NCBI GenBank assembly: GCA_048940925.1 | Contig: JBHLOC010000027.1 | Coordinates: 8,884 to 72,883 of the forward strand | Origin: Promethearchaeota archaeon | Lineage (GTDB): Archaea; Asgardarchaeota; Lokiarchaeia; Sigyniarchaeales; SOKP01 | Reading direction: 5' to 3' | DNA: 64,000 nt | In this document: one piece after another, positions 49,976 to 60,366 of the stretch | How positions within the stretch are numbered: the first letter of the stretch is position 1 | Layout of the letters: each line of letters starts with the position of its first letter | Position numbers and translations under genes: made by a program | The notes under the pieces: model-generated | The model's input: only the letters and a program-made list of their open reading frames with translations | Told to the model about the DNA's origin: nothing | The model's database searches: none

Positions 49976-50509
49976 TTATGTTAGAGATGACATTTCTTGT
50001 TGAATTTTAAATTTTTCAACCTCACTCAATACTTTGCTTAAATCAAGCATAATTTTGGGTCGATCTTCGAAGTTTATAATACCTTTGATATATTCCATAG
50101 CAACACTAGTCTGAAAGATAGGACTTAAATCAACAATTTCATTCGCATCAATGTGATCTATATTCATAATACGATCCACATAAAATCCGACTAAAGTATT
50201 CTCAACTTTTAGAATTATTATAAATTTCTTACTTGCACTAAATACTTCTTCTGAAGAGGATTTTTTTGCGCTATACAAAACATATTCATTCAAGTCCAAT
50301 TTCTTTTTTAAATTGACTACATGAATGATTTCTCCTCTGTAATTATAGATCCCATCTATATAATCTAAACTTTTAGGCAATTTTCGTATTTGTCCCGCTT
50401 GTATTATTTCTTTTACATCAACAAGGTCAATTACAAATTGTTCCCATCCAATTTGGAATATAATTATAGAAATTTGATTTCTATCTTTGAAATCTTTGCC
50501 TTGAATCAT
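49976..50509 (-). CDS. cheW: Chemotaxis coupling protein CheW
   Basis: VKEII, LPKSLDYIDGIYNYRGEIIHVVNL, GFYVD and YIKGI. Confidence 0.92.
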   Translation of the reverse strand: MIQGKDFKDRNQISIIIFQIGWEQFVIDLVDVKEIIQAGQIRKLPKSLDYIDGIYNYRGEIIHVVNLKKKLDLNEYVLYSAKKSSSEEVFSASKKFIIILKVENTLVGFYVDRIMNIDHIDANEIVDLSPIFQTSVAMEYIKGIINFEDRPKIMLDLSKVLSEVEKFKIQQEMSSLT

Positions 50510-50528
50510 ATTCTACATACCCTTTTTC

Positions 50529-51350
50529 TTATATTATAAAATATTGGTTAATTATTTCTTCAAAATTAGAAAATGGTGTTATATCACCATTGAAATTTTT
50601 TAAAAGATCTTTATAACTGAATAAAAATTCATCTGCTAAGAGATACATATATCTTTGAATTAAAAAATTCATTTTTTCCACTAAGAAAGCAAATATCACA
50701 TGGTTTTTAGTAATAACATAGAATTGTTGATTTCCAAAATTAATTTCTTTGAGTTTTGCCCCAGTTTCTTCCCCAATGATCGTATTCGAGAATGATAATA
50801 AGGCAGAGATAAACCCTCCGATATGTACCTCATGATCCTGTATATTTGAACGCTTTTTATTTATCATTGAAACAAATGGACTCCCTGTGGACCCAATAAT
50901 AAAAATAGCAATAACTCCCTCTGTTTTAGGTATCTCAATTGCCGAATTAAATTCATATATTATATTATTTAGTGATTCATGGGATTGAAATTTCTTGTTT
51001 ATATCTTTTGATAAGAAATATAATTGTGAGAAATTTACTGAATTTTCTTTTTTTTCCATATAAATTATAACTAATATATCATGATTAGAATGTTCAAAAT
51101 AATGAAGGAAGATTGTCATATCATTGAGAGGAATTATTGAGTTTCCTTGTTTTTTGGATATTATCTCTTTCTTATAAAGTTCCATAATATTCTGAACCAA
51201 TGGAATACCTATTCCTTTCTGAAAAAGTACTTTGAAACTTTCATTAATATTATTTTCTGAAATCCTAACCAAACCTATGCCCAAAATTTGCATTAATCTG
51301 GTGTTTTCTTTAGAATTATGAAAGTTTTCCATAATCATCATTAACTTCAT
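50529..51350 (-). CDS. Longin-domain protein
   Basis: C-terminal IFII...G.P...IGGFISALLSFS...LKEINFG...F...Y...L.NFNGDITPF..F is the typical Asgard longin pattern. Confidence 0.75.
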   Translation of the reverse strand: MKLMMIMENFHNSKENTRLMQILGIGLVRISENNINESFKVLFQKGIGIPLVQNIMELYKKEIISKKQGNSIIPLNDMTIFLHYFEHSNHDILVIIYMEKKENSVNFSQLYFLSKDINKKFQSHESLNNIIYEFNSAIEIPKTEGVIAIFIIGSTGSPFVSMINKKRSNIQDHEVHIGGFISALLSFSNTIIGEETGAKLKEINFGNQQFYVITKNHVIFAFLVEKMNFLIQRYMYLLADEFLFSYKDLLKNFNGDITPFSNFEEIINQYFII

Positions 51351-51413
51351 GCCTAAATTTGTTTAATCTTCTAATTTTTTTCATGTTTAGTTTTTTTGTT
51401 CAACTGTTCAATA

Positions 51414-51572
51414 TTTGTATGTAAAAGTTTTACTTATTGTGATTTTTTTGTATCATTATGCATAATGAACTAAAAAAGTTATAATAGATTCCTTATTTAA
51501 ATCTTTTTGTTGTAAAACTATTTTGTGCTTTTGATTGTTTTATTTTATTTGATGTCATAATTTATATACAAA
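51414..51572. promoter_or_regulatory. Candidate palindromic operator sites in the divergent promoter of the che operon
   Basis: Perfect 16-bp palindrome TCATTATGCATAATGA (51453-51468). TTTGTATGTAAA (51414) and TTTATATACAAA (51561) resemble the perfect TTTGTATACAAA at 52602. Confidence 0.35.
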
Positions 51573-51697
51573 CAAAAAAATTACATATTTAGATCATTTG
51601 AACACAAAAAGTGATCTTCAAAAAACAAGTTAAATAAGAGTTATATGCAAAAACTTAAGGCTATAGAATTAAATCATAATTACCATTTTAGCTAACT

Positions 51698-52378
51698 GTG
51701 GAAGAAATTTTGACTTTTCCAAATAAAATAATTTCAAATGCTGACCATAATTTTAAAGAAATTATAGTTTATTGTCCTAAATGTAAAATTAGTAAGAATT
51801 TGAATATACCCATTAAAATCATTAATCAAAGTAAACAACTAACTATAATTTCAATACCTTCAAGATTAAATTGTGAGCATAGTTTTCAAGCTTTTATTGA
51901 TAAAAACTTCAAGGTTAGAGGTTATCAATTAGTAGATTTTGAATTTTCAAAAATAGAACTCTATGAAAGCACTTCAGATATTTTGGATAGGAAAAAATAC
52001 GAAAAAAATGAAGCAACCGAATTCACATCTATGTCAATTTTTCAGGAAATTATAAAACTTCTTAGAAATTGTGTTGATGATAAGGAAGTAGTTGGTAGCG
52101 GCATATTCACCCTAGAAGGAAAAGTACTATATTCTTCATTGCCACAAACTACTTTATTTAATACAATTCGAGAATTCGAAGTAAGAAGTGAGAGAAACTT
52201 AGTTAGTGTTAAAAAAATGTATCTTGAACTTGAGAATGCTGAAAAATTTATTTCCAAATTTATGGAAATTAAGGGAGCAAAATTTAATTTAGTGTTAATG
52301 TTCTCTTTTCGCACCAAATTTGGAATGGGAAATTTACACTTGCGTGATTTATTAAGAAATATAGAAGCTTTAAATTGA
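51698..52378 (+). CDS. Zn-ribbon plus roadblock/profilin-like domain protein
   Basis: CPKC...CEHSFQAFIDKNFKVRGYQ N-terminal domain; C-terminal VVGSGIFTLEGKVLYSSLP. Confidence 0.65.
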   Translation: MEEILTFPNKIISNADHNFKEIIVYCPKCKISKNLNIPIKIINQSKQLTIISIPSRLNCEHSFQAFIDKNFKVRGYQLVDFEFSKIELYESTSDILDRKKYEKNEATEFTSMSIFQEIIKLLRNCVDDKEVVGSGIFTLEGKVLYSSLPQTTLFNTIREFEVRSERNLVSVKKMYLELENAEKFISKFMEIKGAKFNLVLMFSFRTKFGMGNLHLRDLLRNIEALN

Positions 52379-52709
52379 ATCATATTAGATACTAAAAATA
52401 TAAGAAGTTAAAATCTTGATTCTAAAAAAGTAATATTCACCTTTTTTTTTATCAAAAATAGATCATCTCTACTTTTGTCTCCTAAATTAACTATATCATT
52501 CAAAAATTTTTTACATTTAACTACTAAAAAGAAGTCTCAAAATGATAAAAAATTTGCCATTTTTGCCACAAAAATATTTTCAAAAAATTTCTTAGAATAT
52601 ATTTGTATACAAATTTAGCATTGCAAAAATAAAAACGAAAGGGTTAAATAAGTAAAAATTAATTATTATTCAACCATAATACTTTACATAATTTAAAAAG
52701 AAAGCAAAA

Positions 52710-52967
52710 ATGTCAACCATAGATGATAAAATAAATAAAAAAATTCACTTGGTTAAATATATTTTGAAAGATGTATATGAAATTTTAGCATTACTTCAAC
52801 CATTATTTGACCGCATGCTTGAAATGGAAGAAAGCAAATATTATATAAAAAATGGTGTTTTTAATAAAGCAGCAACTTTATTTGGTGAAATTTCAATTTT
52901 ATGCAAAGAAATAGAAGATGATTCTCTTCCACTCAGTATTTTTCCAGAAGATTTCTCTTTTCAATAA
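52710..52967 (+). CDS. Small helical hypothetical protein
   Basis: 85-aa ATG-started ORF with natural composition in otherwise non-coding DNA. Confidence 0.6.
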   Translation: MSTIDDKINKKIHLVKYILKDVYEILALLQPLFDRMLEMEESKYYIKNGVFNKAATLFGEISILCKEIEDDSLPLSIFPEDFSFQ

Positions 52968-52978
52968 TAATTTAAAAG

Positions 52979-53049
52979 TGCGCCCGCCGGGAATTGAACC
53001 CGGGTCCTCGGAATGGGAATCCGAGATTCTACCCCTATACTACGAGCGC
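52979..53049 (-). tRNA. tRNA-Gly(CCC), intronless
   Basis: GCGCTCG/CGGGCGC-A acceptor, CTCGGA-TTCCCAT-TCCGAG anticodon arm, GGTTCAATTCC T loop; 71 nt. Confidence 0.96.
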
Positions 53050-53435
53050 GCTAAAACTTACGAGATCTACTAGTTAATTACATATAAGTATAATTAGAAT
53101 TATTACTTAAAATTTTTTGAATTATTTCCTATCATTTATTCATATCATAGTACAATATGTTATTTAATTAGAATTAAATCTATATAAGCTATGTTATTTA
53201 TAACTCATGTGATATAGAAGTCCAATCCTGGAAATTGTTAAGACTTTTTCTTTATTGGAATATTTCTGATCAACTTTTATATTAAAGCTACTAAAATAAT
53301 AAATTGAAAATTTTGTAAGTTTTTATACCTATATGTTTTTTTAAGCCTTACTTCTTTTCTTTATTATGATTTTGTTTCCGAATAGATCCATACATTACTA
53401 CTAAATTTCTTAATTCATACTAAAAAGGTTTTGAA

Positions 53436-54086
53436 ATGGAAAATTCAACTAATATTGTAAGAAAATCATCGCAGCACATTTCTTTTGGGACATATGGATT
53501 ACTGTCTATGCTATTTGGCGGTTTAGGCGATCTAATTGCCTATTTATTGTACCCTGGCTACGATTTTAGGCGAAGAGCAGTAAGTTCATTGTGTCTTGGA
53601 CCCGGATGGCTATTTTTTCAAGTAGGAACAGTATTATCTGGTCTATTTGCACTTCTATTTTTAATAAACCTTGAAAAAACATTTAATGACAAGGAAATTA
53701 ATGAGAGACTAAGAAAATATGCTAAATTTTCAGGGACAATTTCGTGTATGAGTTTTATCATTTTAGGTGTTTTTTGTGGCTCAAATGTCATTATAGCATA
53801 TATCCATGGTATTAATGCAGTGATTAGTTGGATCACTGGTTTGGGTTATATTACCCTTTTTAATATTTTATTCTTGAAATCCCCAAAATATTCAAAATTT
53901 GTAGCATATGGTGGATTTATTGTTACTTTAACTATGTCACTATTGTTAATTACTTTTCTTTTGTCTCTGTCATCCACTTTTAGATTTCTGATTAAGATAT
54001 TAGCAGAACTCGAATGGTTGAATACAATAGCATTAATATTTTGGTATTTTCTCGTATCAACTTATATTATTTATAAAGCGATTTAA
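53436..54086 (+). CDS. DUF998-like membrane protein
   Basis: YPGYDF...VSSL, conserved His (IHGINA) and LEW near the C-terminus; about 5 TM. Confidence 0.7.
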   Translation: MENSTNIVRKSSQHISFGTYGLLSMLFGGLGDLIAYLLYPGYDFRRRAVSSLCLGPGWLFFQVGTVLSGLFALLFLINLEKTFNDKEINERLRKYAKFSGTISCMSFIILGVFCGSNVIIAYIHGINAVISWITGLGYITLFNILFLKSPKYSKFVAYGGFIVTLTMSLLLITFLLSLSSTFRFLIKILAELEWLNTIALIFWYFLVSTYIIYKAI

Positions 54087-54172
54087 TATTATAATTCAGT
54101 TCTACTTATCCTATAATATTTTATATCTCAATACAATAATTTTTATAAAGTATAAAAAGTAGACAAAATATT

Positions 54173-54859
54173 ATGGTAAAAATAAATGAATTCTTTGATA
54201 AACTATTTGATTTCTTACCCGGATATATTTATGGTTTGTTATGTTTTATAATAGGATTAACAGGAGATCTGTTAGCGCTTATAATATCTGGACTAGCTGG
54301 TGATTATGTAATGTGGGAGAAATCTATAAGTATTTTAGGACATAGATCGGGAGGAATATTTTTAAGAGGAGGATTAATTATTTCTTATTTATTTTCGATT
54401 CCTTTTATAGTATATATAGGCAGAATCGTCAAACATGAAGATGTTAATGAAGATTTAAGAAGGCTTGCTGTCACAACAGGTATTATTTCATCAATAACTG
54501 CTATACTTACAGGTACTTTTTCAGGTGTTAATGAATTTATTAGCATGCTTCATGGTTTCTTTGCTCTCTTCAGCTGGATGGGGGGAGCAATCTTTTGTGC
54601 ACTTTTTAGTATAGTTATGTTAAAAAACCCTAATTTTTCAAAACGGGTGTCAGTTATAGGATTTATTGTAGCAGGGATCTTTTTTACTTATTTAATTCCA
54701 TTTTTTATCACAAATTTTTGTAATTACTATACTAATATATGCTATTCTTTTGGTAGAAAAGTCTACATAATAATGCCTACGTACGAGTGGATAGTAATTT
54801 TTTCTATATCATTTTGGTATTTATTTTATGCCAGCTATTTACGATATAAAAAAATTTAA
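54173..54859 (+). CDS. DUF998-like membrane protein (tandem paralog)
   Basis: SISILG, LHGFFA and YEW...FWY; same layout as the upstream gene. Confidence 0.7.
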   Translation: MVKINEFFDKLFDFLPGYIYGLLCFIIGLTGDLLALIISGLAGDYVMWEKSISILGHRSGGIFLRGGLIISYLFSIPFIVYIGRIVKHEDVNEDLRRLAVTTGIISSITAILTGTFSGVNEFISMLHGFFALFSWMGGAIFCALFSIVMLKNPNFSKRVSVIGFIVAGIFFTYLIPFFITNFCNYYTNICYSFGRKVYIIMPTYEWIVIFSISFWYLFYASYLRYKKI

Positions 54860-54909
54860 TTTAAAGTTTATAAATAAAATTTATCAAATTGCTATGAGTT
54901 GTAAATATC

Positions 54910-55587
54910 ATGGTAGAAATAAAGTATGAAAAAGAAATTAAAATCAAAGAAAAAGATGCATTAATAATTGTTGATATGCAAAATGATTTTATACCTGGAG
55001 GTTCGTTGGCCGTAGAAGAAGGAGATTTAATAATTAATGATATTAATGATACTGCAGAAAAATTTAAAAAGGCTAGTGCGAAAATTGTTTTTACACAAGA
55101 CTGGCATCCACAAAATCACCTTTCTTTTGCAAGTAATCATCCTGAAAAAAATCCTGGTGATGAATTTATGTCTGAAGATGGGTCAATTGGACCCGTATTA
55201 TGGCCCGATCATTGTGTCCAAGAGTCTCAAGGAGCGGAATTTCATAAAAATTTAAAACTTAATTTAGCAGATAAAATAATTCAGAAAGGTATGAACCCGA
55301 ATGTTGATAGTTACTCAGGTTTCCAAGATAATGATAAGAAATCTGAAACAGGTTTAAGAGAATATTTAAATTCATATGGAATAAAAAGAATTTTCATATG
55401 TGGTTTAGCATTAGATTATTGTTGTTATTTTACTGCTATAGATGGATTTGATTTTGGATATGATGTTTATTTTTTAGTCGATTTGACTCGTGGTGTTGAT
55501 TTACCAGAAGGAAATGTGAAGAAAGCTATAGAAAGTATGAAGCAAAAAGGGATTAAATTTGCACACTTTAAAAAGAGTTTTAAATAA
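54910..55587 (+). CDS. pncA: Nicotinamidase/pyrazinamidase
   Basis: VDMQNDFIPGGSL, TQDWHP..H.SF, WPDHCV, KG...DSYSGF and GLALDYC. Confidence 0.95.
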   Translation: MVEIKYEKEIKIKEKDALIIVDMQNDFIPGGSLAVEEGDLIINDINDTAEKFKKASAKIVFTQDWHPQNHLSFASNHPEKNPGDEFMSEDGSIGPVLWPDHCVQESQGAEFHKNLKLNLADKIIQKGMNPNVDSYSGFQDNDKKSETGLREYLNSYGIKRIFICGLALDYCCYFTAIDGFDFGYDVYFLVDLTRGVDLPEGNVKKAIESMKQKGIKFAHFKKSFK

Positions 55588-55622
55588 AAAGAGTTTTTTT
55601 TAACCTTTCTTTTATTTAATCA

Positions 55623-56105
55623 ATGGAAAAAAAATTCCCATTTAAATCAATTTTAGTCGTTTGTAGTGTCAACACTGCCAGGAGTCGAATGGCAGAAGGT
55701 TTTTTAAAAGATTATTTTAAGAAACATGAATGGGATGTTAAAGTAAAATCAGGTGGTATTTCTTCGCATGCCAGAGATGGAATGTTAATCTCTATGGATG
55801 CTAGATTGGTTATGGAAGAGATAGGAATTACCCTATCGAAAAGTGCGTTATCTATTGATTTAAAAAAACACCCTGAGGTAATAGAAGATGCTGATTTGAT
55901 TTTAACATTAACAAGTAAACATAAAGCTGAATTCCTTAACTTTTTTAATATAAATAGCAAAAAGATTTTAACAATCAAGGAGTTTGCTGGAGAAAAAGGA
56001 GATATAGCAGACCCCAGCATGAAAGAGATTGAAGGTTTTAGGAAAGCACGTAATGATATCATTGATAGTTTAATAAAAGGCTTAAAAAAGTATTCTTTAA
56101 AATGA
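55623..56105 (+). CDS. Low-molecular-weight protein phosphatase / ArsC-fold protein
   Basis: P-loop VCSVNTARSRMAE (CX5R), ADLILTL and DIADP. Confidence 0.88.
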   Translation: MEKKFPFKSILVVCSVNTARSRMAEGFLKDYFKKHEWDVKVKSGGISSHARDGMLISMDARLVMEEIGITLSKSALSIDLKKHPEVIEDADLILTLTSKHKAEFLNFFNINSKKILTIKEFAGEKGDIADPSMKEIEGFRKARNDIIDSLIKGLKKYSLK

Positions 56106-56947
56106 TTGAGTATATTTTTATTGCTTTCCTGCAAGGTCTTTTTGAATGGTTGCCAATTTCATCTTCTGGACAAGTTATGATTGTTTCAACTAATTTTTTT
56201 GGAATATCTCCTGAAAATGCATTTAGTCTTGCTATATGGTTACACTTAGGGACTACACTTGCTGTGATTTTAAAGTTTAGAGATGATTTCATAAAAATCG
56301 TTAAAAGTCTTGTTCCTAAAGCCTCTAATATAAGTGAAAATGATATAAAGAAAAGAAATTGGATAATTTATGCTACCTTAGGTACTGCAATTACTGCTTT
56401 ACCGCTATATTTTGTGTTTAAGATAATTATTACTGAAACTTTTACCGCTTTTCAAGGAGATATGATAACTCTTATTATTTCAGGATTGTTAATGTTGACT
56501 GGAATTATCTTACTTAAAACAAGAAAAGCTTTTGGAAAAAATACGATTGAGAGTGTTCCACAAACCTTTATTTCGAAAGATAGTTTCATTTCTGGTCTTG
56601 TTCAGGGAGTTTCGATTCTACCTGGTATTTCTCGTTCGGGCGTTACTGTTTCAACAATTCTTTTTGAAAAATATAATCAAGATGATGCGTTACGTTTAAG
56701 CTTTCTGATGTCTGTACCTGCTGCTATTGCATCTATCATCGTTGATATAATTTTTGGGGAGGGATCAATTCTGGGATCCCTAAATTTTTTCACAATTATT
56801 ATCACTACATTAACTAGCTTTATAGTAGGTTATTTAACGATCGAAATTTTGTTAAAGGTAGCCCAGAATATTGAATTCGGTTACTTCTGTATAATTTATG
56901 GAGTAATTGCTTTTGCGATTATAATACCATTTATAATTTTCTCTTAA
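56102..56947 (+). CDS. uppP: Undecaprenyl/polyprenyl-diphosphate phosphatase (BacA family)
   Basis: QGLFEWLPISSSG, LHLGT, PGISRSGVT and SFLMSVPA. Confidence 0.93.
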   Translation: MIEYIFIAFLQGLFEWLPISSSGQVMIVSTNFFGISPENAFSLAIWLHLGTTLAVILKFRDDFIKIVKSLVPKASNISENDIKKRNWIIYATLGTAITALPLYFVFKIIITETFTAFQGDMITLIISGLLMLTGIILLKTRKAFGKNTIESVPQTFISKDSFISGLVQGVSILPGISRSGVTVSTILFEKYNQDDALRLSFLMSVPAAIASIIVDIIFGEGSILGSLNFFTIIITTLTSFIVGYLTIEILLKVAQNIEFGYFCIIYGVIAFAIIIPFIIFS

Positions 56948-57846
56948 TGTGTTAGAATATAATTCATAATAAATTCTTGTAACGCATATTCTATATTTGG
57001 AATCCCTTTAAAACTTGGGAAATCATTTAAATCAATAAGATAATATTTATCTTGATCCAGAGGTCGTACTAAATCAAATCCAAAAATTTTAAGATTTAGT
57101 TCTTTAGATAATATTTTTGATAGCTCTTTGATATCTTCTGAAATCTCAAATTCTTCCCTTTCAATCAAACCTACATCAATATTTTCTGGTTTTTCTCTTA
57201 AATAAATATAGAGAGGATTTTCTCTTTTAATACCAAATACTTTATCACCAATTACATAAATTTTTCGCTCAACACCATCACATTCAATAAACTCTTGAAC
57301 ATATACATTATAGTATAAGAATTGTTTATATCTTTCACAGAATGTATCTATTTCTTCAATTTGTTGAACCAAGAAATTAAATCTGTTATATTTGTCATGC
57401 TGATAATGGCTTTTAATAACTATAGGTAATTTAGGTAAAGCCCACTTCTTAAATTGTTTCACATCTGATAAAGAATAATTCCATGATTTTGGCAATAGAA
57501 ATTTTCTTAGACTTTCCGCACAAGCTCCTAATGCTTTCCTTAGCGCATAATCAAGAGCGATCTTATTCTTACACATTAATATTGTGTCAATATTATGGAG
57601 TGTAGGTATATTATGGAGCTTAGCAAAGTGTAATAAATCAATAGAACATTCATTTCTAACTTTTACGATCAATAAATCAGCTTTTTTAAATGAATCTTCC
57701 ATATCTGAAAGACAAAAGAATTCTTTTGTAGGATCATGCAATATTAATTCAAAATCTTTTATCTGGGTTAATTGTTTAATAAGCTTTTTTATAATTTCAT
57801 GATCCAATTGTGCAGAAAAAACTATTCTCTTAACCATATTACTCAA
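56944..57846 (-). CDS. ATP-grasp kinase, ITPK1 (inositol 1,3,4-trisphosphate 5/6-kinase)-like
   Basis: PIVIKS, VQEFI..DG..RKIYVIGD and LNLKIFGFDLV...YYLIDLNDFPSF resemble ITPK1 (FG.D....IDINYFPGY); adjacent to ino1. Confidence 0.75.
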   Translation of the reverse strand: MSNMVKRIVFSAQLDHEIIKKLIKQLTQIKDFELILHDPTKEFFCLSDMEDSFKKADLLIVKVRNECSIDLLHFAKLHNIPTLHNIDTILMCKNKIALDYALRKALGACAESLRKFLLPKSWNYSLSDVKQFKKWALPKLPIVIKSHYQHDKYNRFNFLVQQIEEIDTFCERYKQFLYYNVYVQEFIECDGVERKIYVIGDKVFGIKRENPLYIYLREKPENIDVGLIEREEFEISEDIKELSKILSKELNLKIFGFDLVRPLDQDKYYLIDLNDFPSFKGIPNIEYALQEFIMNYILTH

Positions 57847-58107
57847 TTACAAAACGCTTAATGTACATAAAATTACTGATATATAGTTGATCCACTATAT
57901 ATAGTTTTAGATAGATGTAAGAAAAATATAATGATAATATTTTATTCCTCCATAATTTTTCTCCTTTAAAGTTATTCTTTTAATGCTTAAAATCTTAAAA
58001 ATTAGTATCAATATCGTAAGATAATATTATATATAGATATAGTGAAAGAAAAACCATAATTAATTTTAAAATGATTTAAATAATATCATTTTCTATAACT
58101 CACTATC

Positions 58108-59202
58108 ATGGCATCAAAAATTAATGTATGCCTTATTGGAGTGGGGGATGTTGCAAGTGCTCTTGTTCAAGGTGTTGAAAATTATAAAAAATATCCCGAT
58201 AAAATTATTGGTTTACTACCAGAAATTACCCAATATACGGTTAATGATATAAATTTTGTCTTAGGTTTTGAAGTTAATTCAAATAAAGTTGGAAAAGATC
58301 TTAGTGAAGCGATATTTGTCGAGCCAAATTGTAATATGAAATTATTTATTCCGGATTTTTTAGATGCTCCAGTGATTAAAGGTCCAATTTTAGATGGTTT
58401 AAACAGTAATATAAAACACATTATACCTGTTTCAGAGGAACAGAAACCTGTTGACGTTAGTAAAGAAATGAGAGAGAGAAAAGTAGATGTTGCAGTCATA
58501 CTACTTCCTACAGGGGCACATAAAGCAGTAAAGTATTATGCAATGGCTGCACTCGATGCTGGTGTGTGTGTTGTATGTGGGATGCCTTCTTATGTAGCAA
58601 AAGATCCTGAAATTGTAAAAAAAGCTGAAGAACTTAACCTTTCGTTGATAGGGGATGATGTTAAATCCCAAATAGGAGCAACTATAATTCATCGCTCTTT
58701 AGCAAACTTATTTCCGATGCGTGGTGCAATATTAGATAGGACTATTCAACTTGATTGGGGGGGATGTAGTGACTTTTGTAATCTCTTAACTCCTAAGTCT
58801 GATGGTGAATTAGTCTATGAAGAAGGAAAACGTCAATCTAAAACAGATGCTGTTATTGCTAATCTGCAAAATAAGGATACTGTTGAATGCCAAATTTCTG
58901 CTGTGGATTACATTCCATTTTTAAAAAATCAAAAGGAAGCATATATGCGACTTGAAGGTCGAATTTTCGGTGGTGCTCCTGTGAGAATAGATATTACAAT
59001 GTTTGTAGAAGATGGAAATGATTCTGCTGGGATTATTGCTGATTGTATAAGGATTTCGAAGATTGCCAAAGATAGAAAAATAGGTGGAATTTTGCAATCT
59101 GCCTGCTCATTCTTCATGAAACATCCACCAGCAACTCAAATAGATGATTATATTGCCAAAAAGTATCTTTTAGAATTTATTGAAAATAAAAGAGAAAGAT
59201 AG
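58108..59202 (+). CDS. ino1: myo-inositol-1(3)-phosphate synthase
   Basis: IGVGDVASALVQG, LPTGA, IGDDVKSQIGATIIHR, QLDWGG.SDF.NL, KRQSKT and SAGII.D. Confidence 0.93.
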   Translation: MASKINVCLIGVGDVASALVQGVENYKKYPDKIIGLLPEITQYTVNDINFVLGFEVNSNKVGKDLSEAIFVEPNCNMKLFIPDFLDAPVIKGPILDGLNSNIKHIIPVSEEQKPVDVSKEMRERKVDVAVILLPTGAHKAVKYYAMAALDAGVCVVCGMPSYVAKDPEIVKKAEELNLSLIGDDVKSQIGATIIHRSLANLFPMRGAILDRTIQLDWGGCSDFCNLLTPKSDGELVYEEGKRQSKTDAVIANLQNKDTVECQISAVDYIPFLKNQKEAYMRLEGRIFGGAPVRIDITMFVEDGNDSAGIIADCIRISKIAKDRKIGGILQSACSFFMKHPPATQIDDYIAKKYLLEFIENKRER

Positions 59203-59244
59203 GTTGAAGAAAAGAGATATATATAATATTCATCTTTTCAGTTA

Positions 59245-60159
59245 TTATCCTCTTATTTTTGCAGGTGTTTTTAATGCTTGTTGTTGTAGAATTAATTGAT
59301 TGTAAATGTGATCGCTTATTAATGATATTGCTTCTGGGATACTTCTGAAACTTGGAAAATCATTAATATCTACGATATATGGAATTCTGTTTTTTGTTAA
59401 TATATAATCAATGCCAAATATGGACATCCCCATTTTTCTTCCTAATCGTAAAATTCTTCTCTTCAATTGCTTTTCTATTGGCACACGAATATGAATTAAT
59501 TCCAATGGAGAGAGATCCTGATCTGGTTGTAAACGATTATGTGAGGTTATAGAGACAGCCCATCTTCCAATAATATATACTTTATACATAATGTCAAATT
59601 TTCCCAAATATTCTTGGAAAAATAACTCATTTTCATTGAAATTTTTAGTTAATTCCCTAAATTGAATTTGATTCTTCGCAATACCAATTATTCTTTCATT
59701 CTTAGGTAGATCTTCGATATTATGTTTATCTAATTTAATTATAATATTACTCCCACTACAACACGCGTCATATGCTTCTTTTAATGAATAATAAGAACGA
59801 GGTATGTTTAACTTTCTACATTTTTGCTCAACTAATCTAAAAGTTTCTTTTCTGCTTTCACATGTTCTGACAGCAGCTATATCATTAAGTTGAGGAATAC
59901 GGGGTGCAAATTCGTCAATTGCTCTGTAAATTTCAGAATTAGATTCTTCAGATAATAGTTTTATAATAATAAATGAGATAGGGTACTTTTTTAATTGTTT
60001 TTTAAGATATTTCGTACTAAAAGAATTACTTCCTTTTTTTAGTAGATTTATTATTGAGATATTATAATTTTTATTACAAAATTTCTTAATATTATCAAGA
60101 GCTTCAAGATCTCGGTTACAAATAGATCCAATGTAGATTCTGTTAAGCTTTTGTGACAC
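59245..60159 (-). CDS. ATP-grasp kinase, ITPK1-like (paralog 2)
   Basis: FQEYL...MYKVYIIG and MGMSIFGIDY...IVDINDFPSF. Confidence 0.72.
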   Translation of the reverse strand: MSQKLNRIYIGSICNRDLEALDNIKKFCNKNYNISIINLLKKGSNSFSTKYLKKQLKKYPISFIIIKLLSEESNSEIYRAIDEFAPRIPQLNDIAAVRTCESRKETFRLVEQKCRKLNIPRSYYSLKEAYDACCSGSNIIIKLDKHNIEDLPKNERIIGIAKNQIQFRELTKNFNENELFFQEYLGKFDIMYKVYIIGRWAVSITSHNRLQPDQDLSPLELIHIRVPIEKQLKRRILRLGRKMGMSIFGIDYILTKNRIPYIVDINDFPSFRSIPEAISLISDHIYNQLILQQQALKTPAKIRG

Positions 60160-60366
60160 TCAACAAACCCTATTTATTTTGGTAATTTATAGCGATTATG
60201 GTATATAAATATATTGATTCTAAATCATGCTATACAATTATGGAATAATAGAAAATTAATAGTCTATTAATTAAAAACTTCAAAAATATCGATTATTAAT
60301 TGTATTTAAATTAAATAATTTTTTTTTATTAAATATTATAGTTAAAGAGGTTTTAAGGTAAATTTT

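Noticed and set aside
35857-53049. che cluster as a genomic island integrated at tRNA-Gly
   Set aside because: The tRNA 3' end faces the cluster, but I see no integrase, no duplicated tRNA 3' end at the far side and no obvious compositional shift.
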